Both the position numbers and the translations under genes were made by a program. Shown here in pieces: positions 41,406-54,029 of a stretch of 64,000 bases of DNA (positions within the stretch are counted from its first letter, which is position 1; each line of letters opens with the position of its first letter). The notes beneath the pieces are model-generated. The model saw only the letters and a list, made by a program, of their open reading frames with translations. It ran no database searches and was not told where the DNA came from. The stretch comes from Gracilinanus agilis (Eukaryota): positions 190,905,882 through 190,969,881 of the forward strand of contig NC_058133.1 in assembly GCF_016433145.1 (NCBI RefSeq). The letters are read 5' to 3'.

Positions 41406-41738
41406 ATGGGTTGCTGTCCCACGGACTGCTTCAACTGCTGTGGCTGCCAACAAGATCAGTCTGGGGAATGCTGTGAGATGTGCTGTTGCCAACCCAGCTG
41501 CTGCGGGTCCAGTTGCTGTGGCTCCAGCTGCTGTGGGTCCGGCTGTGGTGGCTCTGGCTGTGGTGGCTGTGGAGGAGGTTGCGGCGGCTGTGGCGGTGGC
41601 TGTGGAGGCTGCGGAGGAGGTTGTGGAGGCAGCTGCTGTGGCTGTGGGGGTTGTGGATCCGGTTGCTGTGGCGGGTGCTGTGGGTGCTGCTGTGGGCCAG
41701 TTTGCTGCCAGCCAACACCTGTGTGTGACACCAAATGA
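41406..41738 (+). CDS. KRTAP17-1: Keratin-associated protein 17-1 (Gly/Cys ultra-high-sulfur KAP), single exon, 110 aa
   Basis: N-terminus MGCCPTDCFNCC, CCCQP, Gly-Cys repeats and C-terminus GPVCCQPTPVCDTK match human KRTAP17-1 as recalled (MGCCPGDCFTCC...GPVCCQPTPICDTK); ACCATGG Kozak, TATA upstream, AATAAA downstream. Confidence 0.96.
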   Translation: MGCCPTDCFNCCGCQQDQSGECCEMCCCQPSCCGSSCCGSSCCGSGCGGSGCGGCGGGCGGCGGGCGGCGGGCGGSCCGCGGCGSGCCGGCCGCCCGPVCCQPTPVCDTK

Positions 41739-42170
41739 AGACATCTGGAGGGAATCCAGAGACCTCACCTTCATTTGAAGAACCCAGATGGAGAGAGAGC
41801 CCTCCGTATCCCACCTCCTGCCTAGAACTCCCTTCAGTCCAAAGAGACAGTGGCCTCGCTCCCACTTTCATTGTAGATCCTGCCACATGTACAGTCAGAG
41901 AAGGAATGCAACTCAAATAACCCTATCCAATGATTCAAGGCACCTGGGGGGAGGGCAACCCCACTCTGGTGAGAAATTTAAAAAAAATCTCAAAGAAGGG
42001 ATCCAAAGAAAGAAAAGTAAGGGTCCCTTACCAAGACTTGACTCTCATGAACTTGTTCAATGTCTTGTCATTTCAGGACATCCTTCTTTTCAAGATGTCT
42101 TTGGGATGTCCTTCCTGTCTGTCCTTTCTGCTGCTTCTGAGGTGCAAAGAGGCTTCTTTGCTAATCTTTT

Positions 42171-42176
42171 AATAAA
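42171..42176 (+). terminator. Probable KRTAP17-1 polyadenylation signal
   Basis: AATAAA ~430 nt after stop, followed by T-rich sequence. Confidence 0.65.
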
Positions 42177-42379
42177 TTCAAGCATTCTGACATAATTTGA
42201 TTGGTTTTCTTGGCTCTTCCTTCACTGTATGGGATGGATCTAGGCAAGAAGCATGAAAAGGTGGAGAAAGACATGAATATTCTCTCAAGTGCTTGAGGGA
42301 CAGAGAACATTTGGCCTAAATTTTTTGAGGCAGTGCAATTGAGTCAAGACCATTCTGGTAGAGCCAGGAGGGGAGACTT

Positions 42380-42730
42380 AAATTTAAAAATGTTTTCAAG
42401 ATTACTTGCCAATTAATTACATTACAATTTTTAATATTTGTTTTCTGATATTTTGCAATCCATGATCTCTCCCTCTATCTCCCTCTCCTCAAGAAGGCAC
42501 GTGCTATGATATAAGTTCTACATGTATTATCAGATAATACATATTTCCCCGTTCATCATGTTGTAAAACAAGACATATATTCCTTCACTGGAGAAAAATT
42601 CATGGAGGAAATACGGTGAAGAATGATATGTTTCAATTGCATTCAGACTCCATCTACTCCTTCTATGATGATGCTTAGCCTTTTTCTCATGAGTCCCTTG
42701 GTGTTGTCTTGGGTCCTTGCCTGGATGCCT
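42380..42730 (-). mobile_element. Old L1 3' UTR remnant
   Basis: Antisense L1 3' UTR-type sequence (tgcattcagactccatc..., ccttggtgttgtcttgggtcctt). Confidence 0.6.
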
Positions 42731-44544
42731 TTATTTAGGACAAAGCTGGTTTGAGCTGTAGAGGTTCCAGACTCAAGGCTTTGTGGATCAAGACTGTTCT
42801 AAGATGGTCCTTGACACTCTTATCACTTTCTTCGGATACTTCTCTTTGACCCCTTTGATAATTTCCCCTTAAAGCCAATGTTTAGAATGTTTTCTTGTTC
42901 CATGGATCTGTGGTTTATCCCACTGACTAAAAGCCTAGAGGCAGTTAAAATCGATCATATACAAAGACCAGGGGTGGCCTGATCCTGATAGGTGTGGGGA
43001 CTGAGCCAAATGTAAGAGCCAGAATTCCTCTTTTTTTTTCTTCATTTTTCAAACAAGGAACTTTCAAAAAAGAAATTTAAAGTTGCTGAATGGCAGATTA
43101 AGAGTTGTAAGGGACTTTGAGCTCATCTAGTCCAACTCTCCTTCATTTTACAGATAAAGAGATTGAGGCCCAGAAAATTTAGGTGACTTGCCCAGTGTCA
43201 TATGTGTTAGAAACCACAATTGCCATTTAAGAACCCGGGTCTTCCATTTACATTGTACTATGACGACTCTCCTGTGAACATGACAGCGACACAGTATTGA
43301 ACTGAATCGAACTCGACAAAATCAACTCTTCATTTTCCCTGAGTGGATGGAGATGTGTGCAAGGGTGTCACCAAAATGATATTATCCCATCTCATCACAG
43401 ATAGTACCAAGCACTGTCTATACTGGGGATAAGATCTGAGGTTGTCTGTAACCTTTGTTTCTATACTGCTTTCTGATCTCTTTTTTTAGCTTTGGTGGGG
43501 TTGGGATCTGCTCATATGAAAGCCTGATTCCCAAATTCCCAAGAAATAAGTCAAAGCAAGTTAGAGTTTTTGTGGAATAAGCTGATAAAGGTTTCTCTAT
43601 CAAAGAGTAATAGTGCTTCATTCCTTCATCTCTAGTTGATGGTATTCTTGGCCCCCAGGAAAGGGACTCCCTTTGAAGAATGACAACAAAGTAACCTGTT
43701 GTTACACTGCTATGGTTGGGGGAGCTCCCGAATTGCACATATCCTTTGTGATCCTCTACTGTGCTATAGACACACACAGCTATATATTGTCTTATTTAAG
43801 TAGGCAGAATTAAATAAGAATTTGTTCACCATATAACATTATATTTGATTGGACTACAGGTCAGAAAGCTCACCCCTTTTTATCGTCTCATCCTACCCTT
43901 CTACACACATATTTTTCATTGATGAAAGAAGAAAAGAGGAATTCTGACTTCAATACTTGTGTCATTTCCCAGATATTTCCCAGTTTAAGTCAGGCTTCAC
44001 CTAGTAGGTCTGGGCAGCCTTCAGTCAACAAGTATTTATCATGCACCTACTAGGTAGCATGCATTGTGGTAGGCACTGGAGATATGAGCTCAAAGAATGA
44101 AAGGAACTTCATATACCAGGAGCTTATGTTCTAATAAGAGAGACAAGAAGTACATATAAAAGTAGAGCATGAGAATAAAGTTCATAAATACTAATGTATA
44201 CAAAGTAATTGCATTCATGAAATATATACTTAGTGTTCCCAGGATTCTAGTTAGAGGGATAACATGACACACTCTTTTCCAGTGCTCGAGGTTGGGACAA
44301 GGGAGGAAGCCTTGGGGTGGAAAGCAGAAGATTTTTTCCATTTTGAGTATTCTGACTAATTGCTAAAAATGTCTGCTGAAGATATCGTGCGTGACAAGTG
44401 AAGGGGAGGTAGAAGAAAAGGGAAGAGGGCAACAGATATTTCCGAGGCCATAGAAAACCCTGCAGAATTGAACCAAATGACGGACTAGTTTTCACGAGAG
44501 AAAACTTGACTTTTGCCCTGAAATAAAAATGAACACCTGTTATA

Positions 44545-45170
44545 TTGACTAAAATGATACAAAGGTAAAATGAAAAATGTTGGAGGGAATGTGGGAAAAT
44601 GGGGACACTAATACAGTTTTGGTGGAACTATGAACTGATCTAACCATTTTGAAGAGCAATCTGGAATTATGCCCAAAAGAGTTATAAAACTGAGTATATA
44701 CCTTTTGATCCATTGATACTATTAGGTTTGTTTCCTAAAGGTGATCAGGAAAAAAAGAAGAAAGAACCTATATGTTCTAAAATATTTATAGCAGCAGACT
44801 GTGGCAGAGGTGGCAAAGAGCTGGAAATTGAGGATATACCCATCAATTGGGGAATGGCTCAAAAAGTTATGGCATATGATGATGATGGAATACTACTGTA
44901 GCATAGGAAATGATGAGTAGGTCAATTTTATAAAAATATGAAAAAGCCTACATAAAATTATGAAGCGTGAAACAAGCAGAATGAAGAGAACATCATTCAT
45001 AACAACAGAAATATTATGTATGGCCAGCTCTAAAGAAAGAACTGACAAATAGTTTTCTTTATATGCATGTATCTATGAAATGATGACTTCTCTATTGCAG
45101 GTAGAGGAGCGGGGTAAGGAAATACTTTGGGAACTCCTTTAATGTAACAAATACATTAAAAAAAACACAC
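44545..45170 (+). mobile_element. Old L1 3' end (ORF2 C-terminus remnant)
   Basis: ORF 44713-44901 LLGLFPK...PICSKIFIAA...KELEIEDIPINWG resembles the L1 ORF2 C-terminus. Confidence 0.75.
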
Positions 45171-46099
45171 ATACCATAGTTGCTCACCTTCATATAGTGC
45201 TACAAAACTTGGAGAACACTGACTGTACGTTCTCTTGTCCGATCATTTTACAGATGAGGGACCAAGGTTCAAAGAGTTTAAATGATTTTCTTGGGGTCTC
45301 ACAACTTGGAAGTGCTTTGGGAACAATTAGAACCCAGGTCTTCCTGAAGCCAAGTCCAGTGCTCTATCTACTATGCCATATTGATATATAGAAACTGACT
45401 TCTTCACTGAGGCAGAATACCTGACCTTGGTAGTTAAAAAAAAAGAAAAGAAACACAGAGCTTATTTCTCATTTCACTCCAGATCATTATAGCAGCAAGG
45501 TTAAATTCAGATATGTCTTTGAGATACAAATACCAAGAGAGCACATCTGTGACCTTCACGATGTCTTTTAATCCTAGCTTTTTGCTCCTTTTCGGATTCA
45601 GTTAGAAGCCACTCAGTCTCCCAGGTGGACAAGAAGGAGATGGAATATCTGGAAAATGTTTGAATGAATTGGAGGGAGGTCTTGGCAAGTGATGACTATG
45701 AGCAGGTGAAATGCATGTGCTTGGACCAAACCATGGTAGTTTCAGAACTTTAGTTGTCCTTTAGTGGAGTCAGTTCTGATTGACTTTATGGGAGATCTTG
45801 CTGAGAGGTTGGCTCTGAAATCCCATTTGCTCTTTGGGCCTTAGTTTTCCCATCAGTAAAAGGAAGGATGATTGTAGTAGTTGATCTTTAATGACCCTCT
45901 ACTGCAAATTTAGAGGCTTCTCTATTCAAAATATTCGTACTGACTCTTTGTGTCCCCTCTGTGGTAGAGCCTTCTGAGCTCATATTGGTCTGATCAGTTA
46001 TAGTTGGACACACTGTACATTGACCCTAACATAGGGATGTTATTTTGGTCCTCTTCAAGGATGAAGGACAACAAACACCACATCTTTGAACATACTAAA

Positions 46100-47330
46100 C
46101 CATTTTAAAAAAACCTTACCTTCTCTCTTAGAAGTAATACTAAATATTGCTTCCAAGGCAGAAGAATGGTAAGGGCTAGGCAATGAGGGTTGAATGACTT
46201 GCCCAGGGTCACACATCTAGGAAGTGTCTGAGGCCACATTTAAGCCCAAGACCTCTCACCTCCAGGCCTCTATCCATTGAGCCACCTATCTGTCCTCTAA
46301 TCTGTTGTTAATATTGTATTGATAACTGTTTTTATATCATTGTCATTTCCTACCATACCCTGTCTTCTTTCCTACTGAGTAAGTCATTCTTTGTAACAAA
46401 GAATAGAAAATAATGAAAAGTTTGTTAAAGATAGTCAAAATATGGCTCCAACAATAAAGGGGTTGCTCCACATCCATGAACTTCAAGGAAGGATCTTTAT
46501 TTCTGTTCAATTGTATCTGACTCTTCATGATCCTATGGATCCTACTGTCCATTGGCATTAAAAAATAACCCAACAAAACTGTTACCTTTCATCTTGGGAT
46601 CAATACTGTTACATTGTTCAAGGCTGAAGACTGGCAAGGGATAGGCAGTGGAAGTTAAGCAGCCTGCCCAGGGTCACACAGTTAGAAAATACTTGAGACC
46701 TGATTTGAACCCAGGACCTCTCGTCTCTAGGATTGGCTCTCAATCCACTGAACCACCTAGCTTCCCCCTTGAGGTTTTCTTGTCAAAGGTCCTGGAGTAT
46801 TCTGCCATTTCCTTCTCTAGTAGATTAAGGTAAATAGAAGTTAAGTGACTTGCCCAAGGCTACATAGCTACTATATGAGGCTGGATTCAAACATCCTGTT
46901 CTGCTTCTTTAAGGAAGGTTTTTGTTGTTGTTCAGTCATTAAAGGTGTATCTGACTCTTTGTGACCCCGTTTAGGATTTTCTTGGCAGAAATACTTTAAT
47001 GGTTTGCCATTTTCTTCTTCAGCTTATTTTACAGATGAACAACTGAGGCAAACAGGTCTGAATAACTTGCCCAGGATCACATAGCTAGTAAATGTCTGAG
47101 GCTGGATTCAAATTCATGAGCATAAATCTTTTTTTTTGTTTAAACCCTTACTTTCCCATCTTAGAATCAGTACTTGCCCAAGGTGGGAAGTGTCTGAGGT
47201 CAGATTTGAACCTAGGACCTTCCATCTTTAGGCCTGGATCTCTATCCACTGAGCTACCCAGCTGCTGCCAAGGATAAATCTTCTTGATTCCAAGCCTAGC
47301 TCTCTATCAGTGTGCTTCCTAGCTGCCATG
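46100..47330 (-). mobile_element. Cluster of minus-strand SINEs (MAR1/SINE-1 and MIR types) upstream of KRTAP16-1
   Basis: Repeated gtgacttgcccagggtcacac, atttgaacc and ccactgagc...agctg motifs at ~46100-46295, 46585-46760, 46925-47120 and 47128-47268. Confidence 0.8.
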
Positions 47331-47798
47331 AGGAAGGTTAGGGGAGGCAAATTTTTCTCATTTCTTCTTCTGAGCCCAACTTGAGAACTTATTAAAAGTG
47401 CATTTCATTTGACACAGAAGCCAGGGACTGCTTATTGCCAGACAGACTGTAGTACCAAGGAGCTCAGGTCTATCTATTGAGAATCATAGAGTCATAGCTA
47501 GAAGGGGGTACCGAAGCCATCTAGTCCAACTCCTACATGAAAGTAACCCCCACCTCCCCTGCCGTGAATATAATTAGGGAATTTTGGAAACAGAGAATTT
47601 ATAAAAGTGTTGGAATGTATCATGTTTCTGTGTATATATGTGTAGGCTTAGTAACATCCTGGTTAACCAGCACTAGCCCCACAAAACAAAGAGCCCCATG
47701 AGGATCCCCCAAATCTAAGAAAAACATAAATTTAGGAAGAAAATAAACAGAAACGTTTTAATGAGATGACAAGCAACCCCTTGCAAACAAATAACACT

Positions 47799-47891
47799 CT
47801 AATGAGATGTTTCTGTACAAGCTGACCCAAACAACAACAAGGAAAAGATGTCGTGTCTTGGGGAATCGCTCGTGACTTAGGGGATATAAAA
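47799..47891 (+). promoter_or_regulatory. KRTAP16-1 proximal promoter: CTAAT (47799), 22-mer (47829-47850), TATAAAA (47885-47891)
   Basis: TATA 89 nt before ATG; shared module. Confidence 0.8.
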
Positions 47892-47973
47892 ACTCCAGGG
47901 CACAAGGCAATGCTCAGACTCCAGTAGCTCCCTCCCTGCAGCTTACAGATTTATAGAAAGAAGTAGGTCCAAG

Positions 47974-49236
47974 ATGTCTGGCAGCTGCTGTTCCGGGACT
48001 TGCACCACAGTGCCAGCCATCTCTATCTGCCCAACAGATGTGAGCTGTGGTAGTTCCACCATCTGCCTGACTACTTCCTGCCCAAGTCCAACATGGCAAC
48101 TTATTAGCTGTGAAGACCCATGCAGCACATCTCCAAGCTGTGCCCCGAGTTGCTGTGAATCCTCTTGCTGTGAGCCCACTTGCTGCCAGCCAGTATGCTG
48201 TGAGCCCACTCCTTGTGAATCCTCTTGCTGTGAGCCCAGTTGCTGCGAGCCCATCTGCTCTGTGCCTACTTGTTGCCAACCAGTCTGCTCTGTATCAGCT
48301 TGCTGTCAGCCTGTTTGCTGTGAAACCAGTTCTTGTGTGCCATCTTGCACGGTGCCCACTTGCTGCCAACCTGTCTGCTCTGTGCCTGCTTGTTGTCCAC
48401 CCGTTTGCTCTGAGTCCAGTTGCTGCCAGCCAGCTTCCTGTGTGACACTGGTCTGTGAACCTGTCTGCTACCGTACCATCTGCTGCCTACCCAGTCCCTG
48501 TGAACCAGCCTGCCCAGTCCAAGAGCCTTCCTGTTGCATTCCCAGTGTCTGCCCAACAGCCTGCTATCAATCCACCTCTTGCCAACAGAGCGTCTGCCTG
48601 CCCAGTCCATGCCAGCCATCTTGTTACGTAGTAAAACGCTGCCAGTCAGTTGGCTGTGAACCCATTTCCTGCAAACCAGCTTGTGTGTCTTCCTGCTGCC
48701 AACCACTCTGCTGCCGACCAGGATCTTCGGCTTCTGTCGTCTGCCGGCCAGCTTGCTCTCGACCCACTTTCTACGTGCCCAGTTCCTGTAGGCCACCTTG
48801 CATCGCATCCATTTCCTACCGACCAGCTTGTTACCGTCCCATCTGTTCCTCTCCTCTCGGTTGCAAACAACCGTACTTGACTTCTTTTTCTTATCGTCCA
48901 ACTTGCTACCGCTCACCCTACTCGCTACCCTTTCTGCGCAGGCCAACCTGTGTCACCTCCATTGCTTCTCGGCCGGCATGCTGTCAGCCAGTCTGCTCTG
49001 AGCCTAGTTCCCCATGTAAGCCCACTTGTGAAAAGTCTACTTCTAGCCAGCCAGATGGTTCTGAGTCCACTCCCTGCAAGCAATCTGTCTCAGCGGCTAG
49101 TCCTTGTGAGCCGACAAGCTCCGGGACTGCTCCCTGCACACCCAGCAGCCCAACCACCAGCGAAACAACTGCTGTCAAAGTAGAGGATGGAAAATCATCT
49201 GGCTGCTGTTCCAGAAACTGTAGATCCAGGCATTAG
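47974..49236 (+). CDS. KRTAP16-1: Keratin-associated protein 16-1, single exon, 420 aa
   Basis: MSGSC start, TWQL motif, CCQPVC repeats, CQPSCYVVKRC, PGSSAS, SYRPACYRP segments and Ser/Thr/Pro-rich tail as in human KRTAP16-1 (recalled); position between KRTAP17-1 and KRTAP29-1. Confidence 0.95.
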   Translation: MSGSCCSGTCTTVPAISICPTDVSCGSSTICLTTSCPSPTWQLISCEDPCSTSPSCAPSCCESSCCEPTCCQPVCCEPTPCESSCCEPSCCEPICSVPTCCQPVCSVSACCQPVCCETSSCVPSCTVPTCCQPVCSVPACCPPVCSESSCCQPASCVTLVCEPVCYRTICCLPSPCEPACPVQEPSCCIPSVCPTACYQSTSCQQSVCLPSPCQPSCYVVKRCQSVGCEPISCKPACVSSCCQPLCCRPGSSASVVCRPACSRPTFYVPSSCRPPCIASISYRPACYRPICSSPLGCKQPYLTSFSYRPTCYRSPYSLPFLRRPTCVTSIASRPACCQPVCSEPSSPCKPTCEKSTSSQPDGSESTPCKQSVSAASPCEPTSSGTAPCTPSSPTTSETTAVKVEDGKSSGCCSRNCRSRH

Positions 49237-49606
49237 GAATACAAGACATGGCTATGAAGAAGAAAAACCTCCAACCCCACCAGGTTCAGAGGAGTAGTTA
49301 GTACATGTTTGAACCCCTTTCCATCACTCACTCCACGCTGCTTGTACTACAATAGCTCTATCTGAAATAATTCAACCATAATCTAGGACCGTTAAGATAT
49401 AGACCCACTTAGGCACAGAGAAAATGGCACATAGTATCCTTTTCACAGGCCAATATCACACGATGAAGAGGTGAATGATGCTTCTTGTTTCCTGCTCCAT
49501 CCCCTTTCATTTCAGAAGCTTCTTCCAGTTCTCTCTTGAAACCTGTTTCCTTGTCTTTCTCATCCGTGATATACTTTTAGATGTGAGAAATATTTTCTCA
49601 TCTTCA

Positions 49607-49612
49607 AATAAA
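49607..49612 (+). terminator. Probable KRTAP16-1 polyadenylation signal
   Basis: AATAAA ~370 nt after stop. Confidence 0.6.
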
Positions 49613-50074
49613 ATCAGACAGATGTTACTCTCATTTTTTCAGTCCTTTTTTCAGTTGTGTCCAAATCTTTATGACCCTATTTGGGTTCCCCCCCCCCCAT
49701 TTTTTATTGTCATGCAAAACACACTTCCATATTGTTCATAAGAACAAGGTCATACATAAACTCCAAAATAAAACCAAAGAAAGATATAGTGATGTGAAAG
49801 AAGACTCCAACAGTTCTTATGGATAGCATTCCTATTTGAGGTTTTCTTGGCAAAGATACTAGTTTGCCATTTCCCTCTCCAGCTCATTTTACAGATGAGG
49901 AAATTGAGGCAAACAGGGTGAAGTGATTTGCCCAGAGTCATCCAGTTAGTAAATGTCTGAGGCTGGATTTGAACCCATCTCTTCCTGAAACAAGACTTGG
50001 GAACTCTATCCATTGTACCATCTAGTTGCCTTACTCTCATTACTGATCACTCGCTCTGATGCACTTATCGTTAT

Positions 50075-51400
50075 TTTTTTTACCTTGAATGGGCTTATAT
50101 AAGTGGAAAGGGCAAGGGCTTTGGATAGGACTTTGTACAATAAAATGCTAGTAGAGGGAATAAGGAAGTTCCATTAGGCATGGACTGTAGGAGAATAAAG
50201 ATCAAATATTTCCTTTCCTGGGAAACACTTAACCTCCCTCCCCCCAAACTCCCAACCTTATCTTCTGCCTTAGAATCAATCCCAGGCACCAGATCCAAGG
50301 CAGAAAAGTGGTAAGGATTAAGCTATGGGTGCCCAAGCCGCACAGTTAGGAAGCATCTGAAGCTAGATTTGAGGCGAGGATTTCATGTGTACAGGTTTGG
50401 CTCTCTATCCTCTGAGCCTCCTACCTGCCCTGAAAACATTCTTCATAAGAAGTCCATATATTTATTATTAAGATATAATGATGGGGCCAGCTGGGTGGCT
50501 CAGTGGATGGAGAGCCACGCCTAGAGTTAGGAGGTCCTGGGTTCAAATCTGACAGACATTTCCTAGCTGCGTGACCCTGGGCAAGTCACTTAACCCCCAT
50601 TGCCTAGCTCTTAGGGCTCTTCTGCCTTGGAACCAATACATAATATTGATTCTAAGATGGAAGGTAAAGGTTTTTAGATAAAAACAAAACAAAACACGAT
50701 ATACTGACACAGAGGACAAAGTGCTGGATTTTGAGTTAGGAAGTCCTGGATTCAAATCTTGTCTCATATAATATCTGTATGACAATGGTTGGTCGTACCA
50801 TTCTTTGAGGCTTAGTCTCCTATCTGTTGAATGATGGGGTTGGACTAGATGGATTTCCAGTTCTAAAAGTAGCATTTAATAACAGCTGACATCCATATAG
50901 CACATTATTTGTGGACATTATGTAGCCCAAGCCTCATAAAAATTGTTTTGATATGGGCATGATAGATATGATTACCCCAATTTCCATAGCTAGAGAAACT
51001 CCAGGCTAAAGGAATTAAATGACTTGCTCATGGTCACACAGCTAGGCACTGTTAAAGTCAGGATCTGAACCCGAATTCTCCTGACCCTACATCTAGGAAG
51101 CTGCTATACTGTATTGTTTCTAAGAAGAGCTCTCCCTTTGCCCTAAGGCACATATGCATTATCAAAGCTCTTTCTATGTCTTCAATTCAACTCAAGAAAT
51201 TTTATTAAGGGGCAGCTAAGTGGCTCAGTGGATAGAAAGTCAGGCCTGAAGACAAGGAAGTCCTGTGTTCCAATCTGACCTCACACCCTTCTTAGCTATG
51301 TGACCCTGGGCAAATTGCTTAACCCCAATTGCCTAGCCCTTACCACTCTTCTGCCTTGGAATTGATACTATTCTAAGATGGTAATGGTTAAAAAAATTAT
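50075..51400. mobile_element. SINE cluster (minus ~50075-50410; plus 50483-50695; plus 51209-51400)
   Basis: tRNA-like heads ggggc(c)agct..gtggctcagtgg and aagggc...ccttaccactcttctgcc tails. Confidence 0.8.
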
Positions 51401-52157
51401 TGAATATCTGCTATGAGTAAGGGTTGTGCTATATTCTGGGGATTTAAAGACAGTTTTGAAGTTTACCTTCTCTTGAGACATAGAGTACATAGAGAGAGAA
51501 ATAGTCTTAAGATAATATGGGTGGGAAATAAACATTAAGAACTGGGATCAAGTTCGGTGGTACAGTGGAGAGAGGGCTAGATCTGGCCTTGAGAAGATCC
51601 GAGTTCAAATGTGGCTTCAGACATTTAACTAGTTGTGTAATCTTGGGCAAATCACTTAAACTTCTGTCTGCCTCAGTTTCCACACCTGTAAAATGATGAT
51701 AATAATAGCATCTTCTTGCCACAGTTATTGTGAGAACAGATTGAGAGATTTTTATAGTACTTTGCAAACTTGCTGATGCCGCTTCTATCACTACTATTAT
51801 AGCACCTGAGCTGATTCTTGAAAGGAGTTTTGAGGCAGTGATGAGAAAGAAGGAAAATCCAAGTTTGAGGGAAGCTTGTGGAAAGGCAAGAGACAGCTTA
51901 ACAGTCATGCTTGACTGTGATGATGTAGAGTGTATACAGGGGAAGGATGGGGGAAGTAAGGGTTAAAAGATAGGTTGGGAATACAGAAGTATCTTTTGCA
52001 CAATAATAAAAGTATAATCCAGATCAAATTGCTTACAGTCTCTAAGAGGGGATAGGGAAAAGTGGAAGGGGGAGACAATTTGGATCTTATGATTTCAGAA
52101 AACATATGTAGAAAATTATTACACGCAATTTGGAAAATAAATTTTTTTGGAAAAAAA

Positions 52158-52924
52158 TGTAGGTTAGGAGGGGTGCTGGGAGCCCCCCAGAGGAATGAGG
52201 TACCATCAAGTTAGTGCAGAGTGACACTATCCTACACTGATCCTGTGGCCTGAAAATTGGGCCACAGGATGGGTGCAAAACCTGATCAAACCCCTCTGTG
52301 TGACTCCCTTCTGACCAACACTTATTATTGAAATTATTATAATCTCTATATATCTTTAGGAGAGCCCTAAGCCTTATAGAAATTCCCTTATAGAAATCCC
52401 CTAATTACTCTATAATAAACCAGCATTTAATGAGTTAATCGTTCATACATTCAGTAAAATAGCAGAAGCTGCTTTAATCTCTCTCTCAAAAGTCTGAAGA
52501 ACAGAGCATGGTACATCAAAACAAAACACTCTCTCTTTGTTATTTTCCCACATTGAGCTCAACTCCAAAAATTTTAAAATTCTCACCCTTTTGAAATATG
52601 TTGAAGGTCTGTTATCAAAAATAATAATTGGATAAAATAAGGTCTTGGTAACCTTGCATACTGTTTAGACCAAGTATAATCTACATGAGAAAAAAATGTG
52701 TCCTATATGCCAACTCTTATGTAACTCTCCTAGCCTTGAATTCTAGACTGTTTTGATTTCAAATGTACTTTGTTGAAAAAACTGGTCTTGAAGAAAAATA
52801 AACACAAGCTCAGGGGCTGGTAGATCAGATCAGCTTCCATAACTCCACTGTGTCTCTGACTCTTTTTCGGCTAAACTGTCACACCTCTCAGAATATCTGG
52901 AGCTGCCGGGGCAAGTCCCCGGCA
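52158..52924 (+). mobile_element. Solo ERV LTR, 767 bp
   Basis: TG...CA termini; TATAATAAA at 52411; AATAAA at 52797-52802; terminal hairpin TGCCGGGG-caagt-CCCCGGCA. Confidence 0.7.
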
Positions 52925-53335
52925 GGGGGGCAACTAGGTGGCTCAGTGGTTTGAGAACTGGGCCTAGAGATGGGAAGTCTCGGGTTCTAAGTTATTCTTA
53001 AGATACTTAGAAGCTGTTTGACCCTGGGCAAGTAACTTAGCTCCCATTGCCTAGCCCTTACCACTCTTCTGCCTTGGAAACAATTCTCAGTATTGATTCT
53101 AAGCAGAAGATACGAGTTTAAAATAAAAAAAGATAAGGGGGCAGCTAAGTGGTTTAGTGGATTGAGAGCCAGGCCCAGAGATGGGAGGTCCTGGGTTCAA
53201 ATCTCTCCTCAGACATTTCCTAGATGTGTGACCCTGGGCACTTGACCCCCATTGCCTAGTCCTTACCACTCTTCTACCTTGGAACCAGTACACAATATTG
53301 ATTCCAAGAGGGAAGGTAAGGGTTTAAAAACAAAC
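52925..53335 (+). mobile_element. Two tandem marsupial tRNA SINEs (52925-53132, 53137-53335)
   Basis: Two heads (ggggcaactaggtggctcagtgg; ggggcagctaagtggtttagtgg), each with an A-rich tail. Confidence 0.85.
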
Positions 53336-54029
53336 AAAGAACAAATCAATCAATTATTAATTAATAAAGATAGGTTAGTCATTGTAGAAGGCTTTACATG
53401 TTGGAGGGGAGAATTTATATTTTATCCTAGAGGCAATAGAAACAACAGAAAACTATCAATTGCATGAAAATCTAGAAATATATGGGGTACCCTTAGTATT
53501 CTACCCATTTTATAGATGGGGAAACTGTAGCTCAGAAAGATTAAGATAGGAAAAGGGGAATATAAATTGCAAAAGCTATTGCATACTGTTGGTTGGCACA
53601 GGCACCTGAGTTTGTCACCATTTCTTCTCCATGGCAATGTGATTGGCTAATCTTATCTTACTTGGTGTGGAAACTGTGATAAGGATCCAGGTAACTTTCC
53701 TGTGAAGGAGAGGGTTTAAGAGATTAACAAAATTTATTTACTACATTGACACCTAAGAAGAAGGCAAGAAGAATGTTTAAAGGAAATGAGGGTCAGAATA
53801 CCAATAGAAGGAATCCTTGGATAATATGTTGATTGCTCTTAGTCCACAGCAAATCACAGCTTCTCCCTCCTTAAAAATCAGAGAATGTCAGTAAGAAGAA
53901 AGATGAGAATACGGCAATGCTAGGAAATATGGATCTGCATCTGACATCATAGAGGATTGTAGCATTTAAGGGTGAAAGAGCTTTCATTCAATTGCCTTAT
54001 ATGGAGGAAGAAGCCAAAGACCAGATAAG

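Noticed and set aside
41290-41916. Alternative-frame and antisense ORFs over KRTAP17-1 (Ala/Val-rich, Pro/Gln-rich, His/Ser-rich)
   Set aside because: By-products of the GGC/TGT repeat; the 41290 ORF starts upstream of the TATA box.
48266-48946. 226-aa minus-strand ORF and other overlapping ORFs across KRTAP16-1 (47914-49183)
   Set aside because: Shadow frames of a Cys/Pro repeat CDS whose codon usage avoids antisense stops; no promoter or protein-family features.
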